A stretch of 12,769 nt of DNA, from positions 1-12,769 of the IMG/VR virus record IMGVR_UViG_3300045988_074812; one strand, written 5' to 3'. Shown one piece after another: positions 1 to 7,074 of this stretch (the first letter of the stretch is position 1; each line of letters begins with the position of its first letter). The notes beneath the pieces were generated by a model that saw only the letters and a program-made list of their open reading frames with translations, searched no databases and was not told the DNA's origin. The DNA comes from a virus. Position numbers and translations under genes: made by a program.

Positions 1-142
1 AGACAAACCTGTGAACAAATTGTTAACATTTCCCCAATCTGTTCATATTTTGTTCATAATTGCAAAACTGGCATGAATCTTGCTAGGCAACTATAACATT
101 AAATTGTCTGACAATATACCACAAAGTCTGTCACTTATTCTG

Positions 143-171
143 TTGACATATTAGTTCATATGAACTATAAT
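143..171 (+). promoter_or_regulatory. Consensus sigma-A/sigma-70 type early promoter inside left ITR
   Basis: TTGACA (143-148), 17-nt spacer, TATAAT (166-171). Both hexamers match consensus 6/6 with optimal spacing. It faces inward toward the SD-led ATG at 222. Confidence 0.8.
152..167. promoter_or_regulatory. Perfect 16-bp palindrome (candidate operator) in the spacer of the left ITR promoter
   Basis: TAGTTCATATGAACTA is a perfect palindrome. It fills the promoter spacer and overlaps the first two bases of the -10 hexamer, a geometry typical of a dimeric repressor site. The binding protein is unknown. Confidence 0.5.
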
Positions 172-221
172 AGACTTATCAAATGAAACAGCAACAGCCG
201 ACAAGGCGGGAGGGTGAAAAC

Positions 222-410
222 ATGAGAACATTAAAAGAAGTAACAAACGAGGAAATGAATGACATTGCTTCATACATGAATGATGAGCTTAGAGAATCTA
301 TACATTTTGACTTAGCACCTTGCACAAATGAGGAGTTTATCATCGCATATTGCAATGCTGATCCAACTTTTGAAGATCTTCTTAATGAAGAATTTCACAT
401 TGAATTATAG
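222..410 (+). CDS. Small, strongly acidic early protein (62 aa), function unknown; candidate DNA-mimic/anti-defence protein
   Basis: The ORF track gives 183..410. I place the start at ATG 222 because GGAGG (209-213) lies 8 nt upstream. ATG 183 has no SD and sits only a few nt from the predicted TSS. The protein has 16 D/E versus 3 K/R in 62 aa. It is the only convincing plus-strand gene and is followed directly by a strong terminator. Confidence 0.7.
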   Translation: MRTLKEVTNEEMNDIASYMNDELRESIHFDLAPCTNEEFIIAYCNADPTFEDLLNEEFHIEL

Positions 411-416
411 GAGGGT

Positions 417-458
417 AAAAGAGAGATAGCCCAGCGGATGCTGGGCTATCTCTCTTTT
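417..458. terminator. Bidirectional rho-independent terminator between convergent genes
   Basis: Perfect 15-bp stem GAGAGATAGCCCAGC (421-435) / GCTGGGCTATCTCTC (440-454) with 4-nt loop GGAT. It is flanked by AAAA (417-420) and TTTT (455-458), so a U-tract follows the hairpin on either strand. It sits between the 222..410 (+) gene and the last gene of the minus-strand operon. Confidence 0.85.
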
Positions 459-1713
459 ACATCGTAATTGAGCCCCTGTGAATCTGTACCTGTGTAACCT
501 CTGTCAAAGTCCGGTAATTGTGCTTGTCATCTGAGACATCATACAAGCTCAAATAGATATGCCGACCTCTGAAGTTAAGCTGTGCGGGGATATGATAAAA
601 GTCACTGCTAGACTTAACGATCACACTTGTTGGATAGCATGTATAGCCATTGTGATCTCCGATAAAAGAAGTTGAAAAAATACGCCCCAAGCGGTACTCA
701 GTGCCATCACATGTAAGTGTTCCGCTGTTTGGCAGGCAAACATAGTTACCCCAGATCAGAGTACTTGTATTATCATTGTAGGAACTTACAAATTGCCAAC
801 TTGATCCCGGAGTAGGTGCAAAGTCACCTGCTTCAAAATTTGCACTAACTTCATAAAATGATGGACTACACGCCCCTGTTTCTACAGCGGTCGCAAGATA
901 AGTAGCAAGCCTCTCCTGTCCGGTTGTGTTTGGGTGAAATCCATCAGAACCAAGGAACCCATCAGCATGGAGAATATAGTCTGACCCTGTCAGATACCGC
1001 CAATTCTTTCTCTGAGTGTTATAAACACTCTTTGCGATCTTTAGCCTATTTTGCACCATTGGATCATCCGTTCGATCAACGCTCCATGCTACCATGGCAG
1101 AAAATACTTTTGCGTTCGGAAATCTCACTTCTGCTGCTCCCATAAAAGCATTGATTGCATTTTCAATTTCTGAATAAGTTCCGAACTCATTAAATCCACC
1201 TACAACAAGGATCTGTTTGACCTCATCAGATGCTGGCACAGCATTTAAAAGCATAATGAATGAATTAGCAGCTGTTGAGAAAGATGCACCCCCATTTGCG
1301 GAAATGATTACATTATCAAGCCCTGTGTACTTGATAAAGTTTGTAGTCCATGGCTGCACATTACCATCCGGAGTATAACCAACGGTGTAACTGTCTCCGA
1401 TAATGATGGTTTTCCCGGAATGGTCAAAAAGCCCTTCTCTTTTTTGTAACTTTGTGATTTCAGCTGTATTTGTTCCTACTTGCTCTTTTAATGGTTCAAT
1501 CTGTTCGTTGATTACTTTTGTAGTAGCTTCATTTACTACTTTTCCGATCTCTCCATCATCCAGACTTTTCTGGATTGCATCATCAATCATGGTCTGGGCT
1601 GTGTCTTTTATGTGTGTCCATTCCTCATGATCTTTGTTGGCCTGTTTTCCAACTTTAAGCAACCAGTCTAAATTCATATCCTGCATAGAACTATGTGGGT
1701 AGTTAAAAAACAT
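457..1713 (-). CDS. Tail appendage / receptor-binding protein with SGNH (GDSL) esterase domain
   Basis: 418-aa ORF with GGAGG 8 nt before ATG 1713. SGNH blocks are visible: I IIIGDSYTVG (about 1381-1410), II NGGAS, III GGFNEF, V DGFHPNTTG. The N-terminal ~95 aa look helical/coiled-coil and the C-terminal ~140 aa look like a beta-rich, Cys-containing domain. It occupies the phi29 gp12 position, after connector and lower collar. Confidence 0.75.
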   Translation of the reverse strand: MFFNYPHSSMQDMNLDWLLKVGKQANKDHEEWTHIKDTAQTMIDDAIQKSLDDGEIGKVVNEATTKVINEQIEPLKEQVGTNTAEITKLQKREGLFDHSGKTIIIGDSYTVGYTPDGNVQPWTTNFIKYTGLDNVIISANGGASFSTAANSFIMLLNAVPASDEVKQILVVGGFNEFGTYSEIENAINAFMGAAEVRFPNAKVFSAMVAWSVDRTDDPMVQNRLKIAKSVYNTQRKNWRYLTGSDYILHADGFLGSDGFHPNTTGQERLATYLATAVETGACSPSFYEVSANFEAGDFAPTPGSSWQFVSSYNDNTSTLIWGNYVCLPNSGTLTCDGTEYRLGRIFSTSFIGDHNGYTCYPTSVIVKSSSDFYHIPAQLNFRGRHIYLSLYDVSDDKHNYRTLTEVTQVQIHRGSITM

Positions 1714-1726
1714 AATTCATTCCTCC

Positions 1727-2416
1727 TTAATAAATTAATAAAAGCAGATCCTGTGCAAAAAGACCTGTGCAGTAGTCAATAAAGCTTTGTTTTCTCAACT
1801 CAAGCTCCGACTGAATCATATTCTGTGACGTAGTAACTCCAATGTTGCCATGAATATGCCCGATATGCTTATTCTGCCCTGTCTCCCGGCTTGTCTCACC
1901 CTTGCCATACTCAAATGTATTTTTATTCTCACCAGAACTTTGTACTTTTGTACTGCCTCCATACTCTGTAGTTGTTTTTTCATTCGGGGAGTAGTTTGCA
2001 TCATTAAAAGCACTGACATCATTGGTAGCTGTATCTGCCCCAGAGTTGGTCGTAGTGGTTCCCTGTCTTGCTTCTGCCCTGTTTACATCTTGTCCGGAAG
2101 TCTGACTTGTTCGTGTCATGTCCGGGCTGTCTGTCCATTCTTCATGACGGTCATAGTTTTCAATCGGTTCATAATTCGTTAGTTCTAACACATTATAAAC
2201 CTTGTCAATGCTTGTTTTCCATTTCTGGCTCCATGCAGGAATAGCACTTTCATACATAAAATCCCAATCCGGGTATAATGGTTCACAATCCCCATAGGAC
2301 AGAAGCAAGCTATCGATAAAATTCTGCCTGTCTGCTGATTCTGGAAATTCCATTTTATCAAATAAAATGTCATTCCATTCATAAAGCCCTGCTATCGTAA
2401 CCTTATAAAGTGCCAT
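1727..2416 (-). CDS. Putative lower collar / tail tube adaptor protein (phi29 gp11 position)
   Basis: 229-aa ORF with SD GGGGGTGA upstream of ATG 2416 and a 14-nt overlap with the connector gene end. It lies directly downstream of the connector, as gp11 does in phi29. The N-terminal domain contains YEPIENYDRHEEW and the centre is S/T/G/N-rich. Function is assigned by synteny only. Confidence 0.5.
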   Translation of the reverse strand: MALYKVTIAGLYEWNDILFDKMEFPESADRQNFIDSLLLSYGDCEPLYPDWDFMYESAIPAWSQKWKTSIDKVYNVLELTNYEPIENYDRHEEWTDSPDMTRTSQTSGQDVNRAEARQGTTTTNSGADTATNDVSAFNDANYSPNEKTTTEYGGSTKVQSSGENKNTFEYGKGETSRETGQNKHIGHIHGNIGVTTSQNMIQSELELRKQSFIDYCTGLFAQDLLLLIY

Positions 2417-3323
2417 AACTTTTCACCCCCGCAGTTTCATAGTTTCTTATCTTGATTGACAAATTCATTTCCGGATACAGTCTATTTGTCGTGTCAACCC
2501 CTGCTTGCATGGTTTCAAGCCATGTTGTAAGCCGTGTCACGGATTCTGCATCATTTTTGCTTGTTTCAAGCACATTCAGGCGTTCTTTTTTATCAGATCC
2601 AACAGATGGAATACCGACCTCTGTGTCAAACTGATCCAGAAGCTTTTCAAAAACCTCAATCAGCTCTGGTGCAATAAAGTTCTGCTTCAAATCTTTGTTG
2701 AATGTCTCCCAGGCGTCCTGCTTGCTTCCTTGTCTATCTTCTGTTTTTATGGATACATCAAAAGCCTCAACTGGGTTACCAGCCTGTATACTGTCATAAA
2801 TTTTTTTCAACGTCTGAGCTGCTGCTTTGTTTTTCGCAGCAATCAGAAAAGCAAGTTTTGAGTTAAAAATATTCATGTCAAAAGCAGACGCAACAAGTGC
2901 CAGTTTGTAGCTGTAAAAGCCAATGATATCTCCAATCCCACAAAAAGTAGGCCTGAGATAGATGACAGAGCAGTCTTTCCCGATCTCCATATCCTCTATG
3001 TCAATTGTCGCATTGCTTGCATACGTATGTATGCTTGCTGTCGTTGGTTTAAAGTAAATATTGTAGCCTGTCAGCATTGGATACTGAGCAATCAGTCCAT
3101 AAAGATCTGTCTTTGTGATGCAAATATAACCCCCAAAAAGCAGGCAATATTTGAAGTAATCAATATCAATGTTTCCGTTGTATGTTATATCAAGGATAGA
3201 ACACACACGCTCATAAAGCATCCGATCGAACGTATCAGTATATAAGCTGTTAACTTTGATCCCGGATGGCTGGAAGTAATTAGTGCATATGTTTATTTTG
3301 TCAAAATTCATAGGTACCCACAT
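2403..3323 (-). CDS. Portal / upper collar connector protein (phi29 gp10-like)
   Basis: The ORF track gives 2403..3359. I prefer ATG 3323 (MWVPMNF...), which has GGAGG about 10 nt upstream and no overlap with the upstream gene. At about 306 aa it matches phi29 gp10 (about 309 aa). The segment GIPSVGSDKKERLNVLETSKNDAES resembles the gp10 stretch ...[21 protein letters not shown] as I remember it. Synteny is knob-connector-collar-appendage. Confidence 0.7.
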   Translation of the reverse strand: MWVPMNFDKINICTNYFQPSGIKVNSLYTDTFDRMLYERVCSILDITYNGNIDIDYFKYCLLFGGYICITKTDLYGLIAQYPMLTGYNIYFKPTTASIHTYASNATIDIEDMEIGKDCSVIYLRPTFCGIGDIIGFYSYKLALVASAFDMNIFNSKLAFLIAAKNKAAAQTLKKIYDSIQAGNPVEAFDVSIKTEDRQGSKQDAWETFNKDLKQNFIAPELIEVFEKLLDQFDTEVGIPSVGSDKKERLNVLETSKNDAESVTRLTTWLETMQAGVDTTNRLYPEMNLSIKIRNYETAGVKSYGTL

Positions 3324-3339
3324 GTTTTTCATCCCTCCT

Positions 3340-4683
3340 TTATTCAAAATAAAAACCATTATTCAAGTAACTATTCACCTGCTCTTGATCCCCCTCAAAT
3401 CCTGCAATCTGGATAGATGCATTACGGCACTTTACAAACCCACTCAGTGCAGAAATAGACCGGATAGTCCCGTCTATATAACCCTCACTTGTGCCATCTG
3501 GATCTATGCTTGTGCAGGCATAGCAGATACTGTTTGCATCCATGCTGTTGAGTATAGAGGAAATATTGCCAACTGTACCTACCATGTTGGGCTCTGGTGA
3601 AGTCACACTCTGAAAAGCACCTACCGTATTTGTGATAACCCCAATAGGGTTACCGGAAGCAAGGCTTGTGCCAACGTCTATTAAGTTGGTAGTAAGTTGA
3701 CCAATGTTAGTGGTGGCATATCCAATCTGTACCGGAACAGCAAGCTGACATTGAAAGTGAGCGTATTCATCTGTTCCAGAAGTTAGCCAAACATCAGCCA
3801 TGCCTGATACAGCATCAAAGTTATAAGTAGCTTTTAACTGACCCTTATGTGTCTTTGTTGGATTGATAGGGATAACACCCACAAATGGTAATTTGACAGC
3901 GTACTTTGAAAAACTAGCATTGTAATAGCGAAAATCTGTATCAGCATATAAGGGGTTGCCAAGGCTTAAATCATAAGAAAAAGTGCATGTTGCATCATTA
4001 ATTAATGCAGCAGTTACATTGCTGTCCCAGTAGCCAAGCTTGATATTATCGGCAATATTCAAAAATGAGCTTAACCGAAACGGCAGCCATTTTAGATCCA
4101 CGATATACTGAAATGGATTGAAAAGCAAACGTGTAAGTGCTGAGTCGATCACATCTGGGATGGATCCATAAGTGTACATAAATTCCATTAGATCATCTAA
4201 TTGGCTTCCTGTGACATAATAAGTGCTTATCCCATCCACTGAAATAGTCCGCAGCAGATAGTTTCTAGCATATCCATTCACAAATGTATTGATCGGCTGC
4301 CCTACGATCGTGGATTGACTTACCCAGTCATTCGTAGGAATATACATGGAATCATTTGCAAGCGTAGTCTGCTTGCTGGATCTCTCAATGAAACATGTAT
4401 AGTTGCCTATCTCTGTCCGGTAAGTTGCTAACACATCCTCACTCGCTGAAAGCTCAACCATGTCATTATTCAGTGAAACTGTTGAATTAATAAAATAGTA
4501 ATGGTCAGCCCACTTCAAATAGTTGTATTGCAAGGCATTATCTAATGATAATTTTAGCTTAAATACTGGATTTTGAAACGTGGTATTTGATTTTAAAAGA
4601 CAGGGGACGGTTGCCCCCTGTCCTGTCGGTCTTTTTGTACTGTTTTTTCGTTTGGAAAAATGGAATAAGATAATCTCTGTCAT
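3340..4683 (-). CDS. Tail knob / distal tube protein (phi29 gp9-like)
   Basis: The ORF track gives 3340..4725. I prefer ATG 4683, which overlaps the endolysin stop (ATGA), giving 447 aa. It lies immediately upstream of the connector, as gp9 does. The C-terminal GFVKCRNASIQIAGFEGDQEQVNSYLNNGFYFE resembles the remembered gp9 C-terminus ([33 protein letters not shown]). Confidence 0.55.
   Translation of the reverse strand: MTEIILFHFSKRKNSTKRPTGQGATVPCLLKSNTTFQNPVFKLKLSLDNALQYNYLKWADHYYFINSTVSLNNDMVELSASEDVLATYRTEIGNYTCFIERSSKQTTLANDSMYIPTNDWVSQSTIVGQPINTFVNGYARNYLLRTISVDGISTYYVTGSQLDDLMEFMYTYGSIPDVIDSALTRLLFNPFQYIVDLKWLPFRLSSFLNIADNIKLGYWDSNVTAALINDATCTFSYDLSLGNPLYADTDFRYYNASFSKYAVKLPFVGVIPINPTKTHKGQLKATYNFDAVSGMADVWLTSGTDEYAHFQCQLAVPVQIGYATTNIGQLTTNLIDVGTSLASGNPIGVITNTVGAFQSVTSPEPNMVGTVGNISSILNSMDANSICYACTSIDPDGTSEGYIDGTIRSISALSGFVKCRNASIQIAGFEGDQEQVNSYLNNGFYFE
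4591..4622 (-). terminator. Intragenic terminator-like hairpin (possible attenuator) near the 5' end of the tail-knob gene
   Basis: On the minus-strand RNA: GACAGGGGGC-AACC-GUCCCCUGUC (4622..4599). The stem is 10 bp including one G-U pair, with a tetraloop, and is followed by UUUUAAAA (4598..4591). It lies in codons ~21-31 of the tail-knob ORF, just after the lysis genes. Confidence 0.3.
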
Positions 4684-5330
4684 GATAAGTAAATATCTCC
4701 CTTTGCCGTGATTGCACATATCCAACCGGATGGAATCCTAACCCACGTTGCACTGGCTTCATCCTTTTTGACATCTTTTACCGTGACTGTGGTTCCTTTT
4801 TTCAGGCAGCCATCAGAATAAGCATGTTTCATGCCATCCCTTGTCAGCTGTGCATACTCTTTGATCTGGCCCCATATGCTATAACGTACATGTAAGTGAT
4901 CTATCATTGTAGTATAAGTTCCGCCAATTTCATAAGATATACTTTTTTCATCCCATACCCTGCGGATGCAGGATAAGTCAGACCTACGACTTACAAGGCT
5001 TTTGACTACCCCAACCCCAGGATTGTATTGAGTATTTTTTCTGCCACCCCTGCTTTCAATCATATATCCGTATCCTACGAAAATAGCACAATGAGTTACT
5101 GGAGTGCCGAAAAAAAGAAAATCACCTACTTTTTGCTCTCCAATTGGAATCCTTGTTCCAAGCTTTGAATAGCTTGATGCCGTCAGTCTTCCAACATTTG
5201 ACCCTGCTTTTTTCTGGATCCAGTAAAGCAATCCGGAACAGTCAAGTCCCTGTGTGGGGTTTGAACCACCCCACACATATCTAACTCCAAGTAATTCCTT
5301 TGCATTTTCAATAAGTTCGTTCGCTGTCAT
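4680..5330 (-). CDS. Endolysin: NlpC/P60 endopeptidase with C-terminal SH3b-like wall-binding domain
   Basis: 216 aa. The NlpC/P60 signature is YVWGGSNPTQGLDCSGLLYW (catalytic Cys, about 5231-5250) with GDFLFFG...THCAIFVGYGYMIES (His). The C-terminal GTTVTVKDVKKDEASATWVRIPSGWICAI...IYLS fits an SH3b pattern. It lies directly downstream of the holin candidate. Confidence 0.9.
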   Translation of the reverse strand: MTANELIENAKELLGVRYVWGGSNPTQGLDCSGLLYWIQKKAGSNVGRLTASSYSKLGTRIPIGEQKVGDFLFFGTPVTHCAIFVGYGYMIESRGGRKNTQYNPGVGVVKSLVSRRSDLSCIRRVWDEKSISYEIGGTYTTMIDHLHVRYSIWGQIKEYAQLTRDGMKHAYSDGCLKKGTTVTVKDVKKDEASATWVRIPSGWICAITAKGDIYLS

Positions 5331-5337
5331 TTTACAC

Positions 5338-5562
5338 CTACTTTCCTAAGTGTTCAATTAATGAGTTCATTTTTTCAACCGCAAGTGTGTTATTTTTGAT
5401 AACTTCAGAAAGCGTATCAACTTCATTTTTGTGTTCCTCGTTGAGTTTGTCAACTCGTGAATTTGTCTGGTCATATATATACTTTACGAAGTATGCCATG
5501 ACACAGCAGCAAACGATTGGAAAAGCATAGTTGCCTAAAATAGTTAAGAATGTATCCATCAT
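5338..5562 (-). CDS. Putative holin (BhlA/UviB-like architecture)
   Basis: 74 aa with one N-terminal transmembrane segment (FLTILGNYAFPIVCCCVMAYFV) and a charged helical C-terminal tail, as in BhlA/UviB holin-like proteins of Firmicutes. It lies immediately upstream of the endolysin, and its ATGA overlaps the preceding gene. Confidence 0.6.
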   Translation of the reverse strand: MMDTFLTILGNYAFPIVCCCVMAYFVKYIYDQTNSRVDKLNEEHKNEVDTLSEVIKNNTLAVEKMNSLIEHLGK

Positions 5563-5864
5563 GCTGATACCCCCTCTTCAAAATAGTCATTATTAATTGG
5601 GGCAAGAGGCACTGTATCAACTAAAACTGCCCCAAAACCAAATTGAAAAACTGAAAAATTTGATAATTTCGGAAACCCATAATAACTATCAAATTTTAAT
5701 TCTAAACCGTTACTCCTATTAAAGTAAGCGATTACATTTCCATTTAGTTCTAATGTTGAACTTTGCTCTGATGTGCTTGTGCATATAATTCTGCGAACTC
5801 CATAATCACCATTCAGACTAAAAACCTGCCCTTGTTCATCTGCCTGCATGTTGAAAAAAAACAT
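5559..5864 (-). CDS. Hypothetical protein in the head module (101 aa)
   Basis: ATG 5864 overlaps the capsid gene stop (TAATG), with GGAGG 7 nt upstream. No motif recognised. Its position after the capsid gene allows a decoration or minor head protein, but that is a guess. Confidence 0.6.
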   Translation of the reverse strand: MFFFNMQADEQGQVFSLNGDYGVRRIICTSTSEQSSTLELNGNVIAYFNRSNGLELKFDSYYGFPKLSNFSVFQFGFGAVLVDTVPLAPINNDYFEEGVSA

Positions 5865-7060
5865 TATACTCCCTCCCCCAGGACATACAGAATTGCATTG
5901 TGTGTAAAGTTATTCCACGCATTGAATCTGTAGTGATCAAAGATATTGTAATAACCACCGGCTGCATTGAATGGCGTAGCAGCTGAATACATCCACTGAT
6001 TATTAACTCCCATTGCCCTACGGTCATAAAGTAAACCGAGTACATAAGGAATACTTACCGCTGTAGTGGCTGTCTTTGAAGCTCCGTCAGCATCAATGAT
6101 GTTCGGCTTAATATTGATTGCAGGGCTGTCGAACTCCTGCCAGCCATTTACCAACTCTTTGTCTGCGATTTTAAGTTGCTCATCGCTAAACACTGTCGGG
6201 AATACTTGTGTTTCAGAATCAATCCAGAAATCTGTGTACATGAGCAGTTTCTGATTCTCTGGTCGGGTAAATCTCAAGATATCTTTACCAGTGAGATTCA
6301 TATGATATTTTGTCGTACGATCCTGCATTTTTTTCGAATCTTTTTTGATTCTTGCAACCACAAAAGCCATGAAGTCTCTGTGATGCTCCGGGCTTAACAG
6401 CTGCTTTCTTGTCAGTTCTGTACCATAGGCTGTGTTATACTCTTTTACTAAATCCACCTCATTTGTTCCCAGTGAGGAAATCCCAGCCATAAAGTTAAGC
6501 ACTGTCAATCTGCGCTTTGCTTCATTTCTGGATTCAATGTCATTATAGTAAGCAGTCATATAGCTACTTACAAACATCAGAAACTCTGCTTCGTTGGAGA
6601 AAGCAAGAGCCAGCTGATCACGGAAACGCGTGATATGCGACTGCAAAACTTTGCTGCCATAGAATTTCAGCTCCACTACTTTTGGCGCATTGATCTTGTA
6701 CATATCGACCGACTGACCATCGGCAAGCTGATTTTCATTCAAGTCTGTATTCCAATCCTGTGATGCTTCTGCATCTAACGGAAGTGAAATGATCTCACGT
6801 GTGATAGCTCCCCATCGCTCATTATTCTCAATGATGGATCGGAACACTCCGGATCTGTATTTTTCCATTTCAAAATAGGTACGACCACACCACTGACTAA
6901 GTGCTTTCAACGTTGGTTCTACACCTGTCCGTAGCATTGTCTCTCCGACAGCCACAAAAGAACTTGTATCTAGCGCTTTGATATTCTCCCGTCCGGTAGC
7001 CATCTTGTACAGATCATTAATGATTAAATAGGCATCCTGTACGACTAAACTATTTGCCAT
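5864..7060 (-). CDS. Major capsid protein (candidate, phi29 gp8 position)
   Basis: 398-aa ORF with strong SD AAGGGGGT 8 nt before ATG 7060. It lies directly downstream of the scaffold-like gene. Its size and position are typical of small-podovirus capsid proteins. No database comparison was possible. Confidence 0.7.
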   Translation of the reverse strand: MANSLVVQDAYLIINDLYKMATGRENIKALDTSSFVAVGETMLRTGVEPTLKALSQWCGRTYFEMEKYRSGVFRSIIENNERWGAITREIISLPLDAEASQDWNTDLNENQLADGQSVDMYKINAPKVVELKFYGSKVLQSHITRFRDQLALAFSNEAEFLMFVSSYMTAYYNDIESRNEAKRRLTVLNFMAGISSLGTNEVDLVKEYNTAYGTELTRKQLLSPEHHRDFMAFVVARIKKDSKKMQDRTTKYHMNLTGKDILRFTRPENQKLLMYTDFWIDSETQVFPTVFSDEQLKIADKELVNGWQEFDSPAINIKPNIIDADGASKTATTAVSIPYVLGLLYDRRAMGVNNQWMYSAATPFNAAGGYYNIFDHYRFNAWNNFTHNAILYVLGEGV

Positions 7061-7074
7061 TTTCTATTACCCCC

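Larger units (their letters stand above)
1..225. repeat. Left inverted terminal repeat (ITR), 225 bp
   Basis: Bases 1-225 are the exact reverse complement of 12545-12769 (checked block by block, 225/225). Identity breaks at 226 (g), where the complement of 12544 is a. Terminal inverted repeats are the hallmark of protein-primed linear replicons. Confidence 0.97.

Noticed and set aside
1-225. The ITR as an assembly artefact of a circular or terminally redundant genome.
   Set aside because: Circular permutation or terminal redundancy gives direct repeats, not inverted ones. The repeat carries coherent functional signals and ends at a start codon, and the genome encodes a protein-primed polymerase, which predicts ITRs. 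A fold-back chimera cannot be fully excluded without reads.
2192-2208. A consensus TATAAT (minus strand, 2197..2192) close to TTGACA (2208..2203) inside the lower-collar gene. I also checked the other minus-strand TTGACA copies I noticed, at 507, 2881, 3004, 3304, 6508, 10890 and 12250.
   Set aside because: The spacer at 2197-2208 is only 5 nt, and no acceptable -35 lies 16-18 nt upstream of that TATAAT. The other TTGACA copies have no -10-like hexamer at 16-18 nt.
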